This document shows positions 62,035 through 64,000 of a stretch of 64,000 nucleotides of DNA, piece by piece. Each line of letters starts with the position of its first letter. The stretch's first letter is position 1. The DNA comes from Chara braunii (Eukaryota > Plantae > Charophyceae). The notes beneath the pieces were generated by a model. That model had not been told where the DNA came from. It saw only the letters and a list, made by a program, of their open reading frames with translations, and made no database searches. The position numbers and the translations under genes are program-made. Where the stretch lies: the NCBI GenBank assembly GCA_003427395.1, contig BFEA01000002.1, positions 9,227,093 through 9,291,092 on the forward strand, in the 5' to 3' direction.

Positions 62035-62775
62035 NNNNNNNNNNNNNNNNNNNNNNNNNNNNNNNNNNNNNNNNNNNNNNNNNNNNNNNNNNNNNNNNNN
62101 NNNNNNNNNNNNNNNNNNNNNNNNNNNNNNNNNNNNNNNNNNNNNNNNNNNNNNNNNNNNNNNNNNNNNNNNNNNNNNNNNNNNNNNNNNNNNNNNNNNN
62201 NNNNNNNNNNNNNNNNNNNNNNNNNNNNNNNNNNNNNNNNNNNNNNNNNNNNNNNNNNNNNNNNNNNNNNNNNNNNNNNNNNNNNNNNNNNNNNNNNNNN
62301 NNNNNNNNNNNNNNNNNNNNNNNNNNNNNNNNNNNNNNNNNNNNNNNNNNNNNNNNNNNNNNNNNNNNNNNNNNNNNNNNNNNNNNNNNNNNNNNNNNNN
62401 NNNNNNNNNNNNNNNNNNNNNNNNNNNNNNNNNNNNNNNNNNNNNNNNNNNNNNNNNNNNNNNNNNNNNNNNNNNNNNNNNNNNNNNNNNNNNNNNNNNN
62501 NNNNNNNNNNNNNNNNNNNNNNNNNNNNNNNNNNNNNNNNNNNNNNNNNNNNNNNNNNNNNNNNNNNNNNNNNNNNNNNNNNNNNNNNNNNNNNNNNNNN
62601 NNNNNNNNNNNNNNNNNNNNNNNNNNNNNNNNGGGGAGCACGAGGGCAGGCACTGACCTCCAAAAAAAAAAACCAAGTAATGTTATTGGAATACACGAGT
62701 TTTCTCTTTTCAAAATCCAAATAGAAAGGGTACTTGTTATATTCGAATACAATGTGTACGTTTTCTATTCAAGGA
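61145..62775. repeat. Diverged ~150-bp inverted repeat pair (61145-61293 / 62633-62775) around microsatellites and an N gap
   Basis: CTGCCCTCGTGCTCC / GGAGCACGAGGGCAG and CATTGTATTCGAATA / TATTCGAATACAATG occur in mirrored order. Confidence 0.6.
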
Positions 62776-64000
62776 GCTTTGCTATTCGCGAAAAGTGCAC
62801 CTGCACCGTTTCAATGTTGAAAGTGGCTTAAGGACCTCGGCCTCCTACGGGCAGGTACCGGTCCTACGCGGTCCTGGCCCGTGCAAGGCCCCAAAACCTC
62901 AAAATGCCCTCCCTCCCGACGACCACCGACGTTGACTTATTACCGTGAGGCCACGGTGGCGCAACCCGTAGTTCGTTTGTTTATGTGGTTCGAGAAGGAT
63001 AAGGGCCCTTAGGGCCTGGTTCCCCGACCGCCCTCGGTTATCAATACCTAGGGCCAACTGGCACTGCCTTGATATCACCGGAGGTAATTCAGAATGAATT
63101 TCTTCTGTTCATCTCGATCTGTCTGGACTCGAACTTGGGCTGTATATCAACCGTTCATGGGTATCGGAACTGGAACCGAACTGAACGAGGGTTCAATCGC
63201 CTACAGTAGGAACTGTGCGGAGGGCGCGCTGTAAGTGAGAATAGTGCGTTCGATCAATGTGGGTTCAACCTATGTGCACGCCACATGGCGCGAAGCACAG
63301 CTCACTACATGCTCTTTTTTGCAACGCCCGCCAGGTGGCTCGCACGGGGTGGATGCCTGGGGCCTTGCCAATGAAAATTGCACGCCTGACGGAGGGAGTG
63401 TGGGTTGTAGGTAGCTTGGGAGGGGATCCAAGGATCGAAACCTGCAGAGCAAGGCATACTTCGGCGCTCCCTACTATCGCTACCGGTAGTAGTAGAGGCG
63501 GTTTTCCCGCGACAAGCTCAGCGGCTCGGCTCTCGTTGATAGCGCAGTTTGCGTCCCGAGTGTCGTTAGCGTCTTTTGCTGACCAAATGAGCTGCCTCAG
63601 CGCTCTGTACACAGAATATTCCCACCCACATACGATCTCGGCCTACACACGTGGCGCTGACTGTCGCAATGGCGACTTGATAAGTCATCATGAACTGGCG
63701 GTGTATAAGATCAACGTAATGTTTCGGGAAAAGGCGCCAGATCGGTGTCTTCTATAGCCGCGCCCACGGTCGACGTTGTGCGCAAGCTCGTATGTGTGGG
63801 CTGACGTTCGTGTTTCTGTGATTGGGAGAGCGGTAAAGAGTGTGCAAACGTGCGAGCGAGCGATCGAGCTCTCGCGCGAGGGAGAGAGGTTTGCAGACGT
63901 GCGGGATCACATCCTTGTTTTTTTTTTCTGTGTGCTTGGGGGCGTTTGTGGGTCTTTGCGCGCGCGCGCGTGTGTGTGCGCGCACGTTTTGTGTGTGCGT

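Noticed and set aside
61870-62831. 250-300 aa ORFs
   Set aside because: They span the N gap 62035-62632. Likewise 35267-35701 and 51535-52227.
63257-63757. Host gene exon in the GC-rich window end
   Set aside because: Open frames on both strands with no recognisable motif; cannot be supported without downstream sequence.

Overview
Eukaryotic, repeat-saturated draft-assembly window with four N gaps and two Nextera mate-pair junction adapters left in the assembly. I can support no intact host gene. The style resembles a large streptophyte-algal genome such as Chara, which is inference only. Most of the window is a nest of diverged copies of one family of long, almost non-coding elements bounded by TGTCG...CGACA and inserted at CpG-centred 4-mers: D1 <1-6345, a host end at 6866, A1 7461-16978, E ending 19318, A2 ~22110-31271, B 34667-43632, D2 44147-~49245 and C 55110-57691. 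Their interiors differ greatly, but shared modules recur in subsets of the copies. (i) An ~85-95 nt A-box/B-box/oligo-T Pol III-type small RNA near the left end (4 copies). (ii) Back-to-back sense and antisense splice donors (3 copies). (iii) A covarying hairpin exactly 10 nt before a splice donor, followed by motif arrays (4 copies). (iv) A ~360-450 nt multi-stem RNA-like module with GNRA tetraloops and compensatory changes that runs up to the right terminus (7 copies). Copy B also carries a decayed ~385-codon ORF of unknown family just upstream of that module, plus a 5'-truncated L1/Tx1-type LINE. Separately there is a tandem cluster of ~74-nt hairpins spaced by microsatellites (32537-34030). 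Most long ORFs in the supplied track are microsatellite or gap artefacts.
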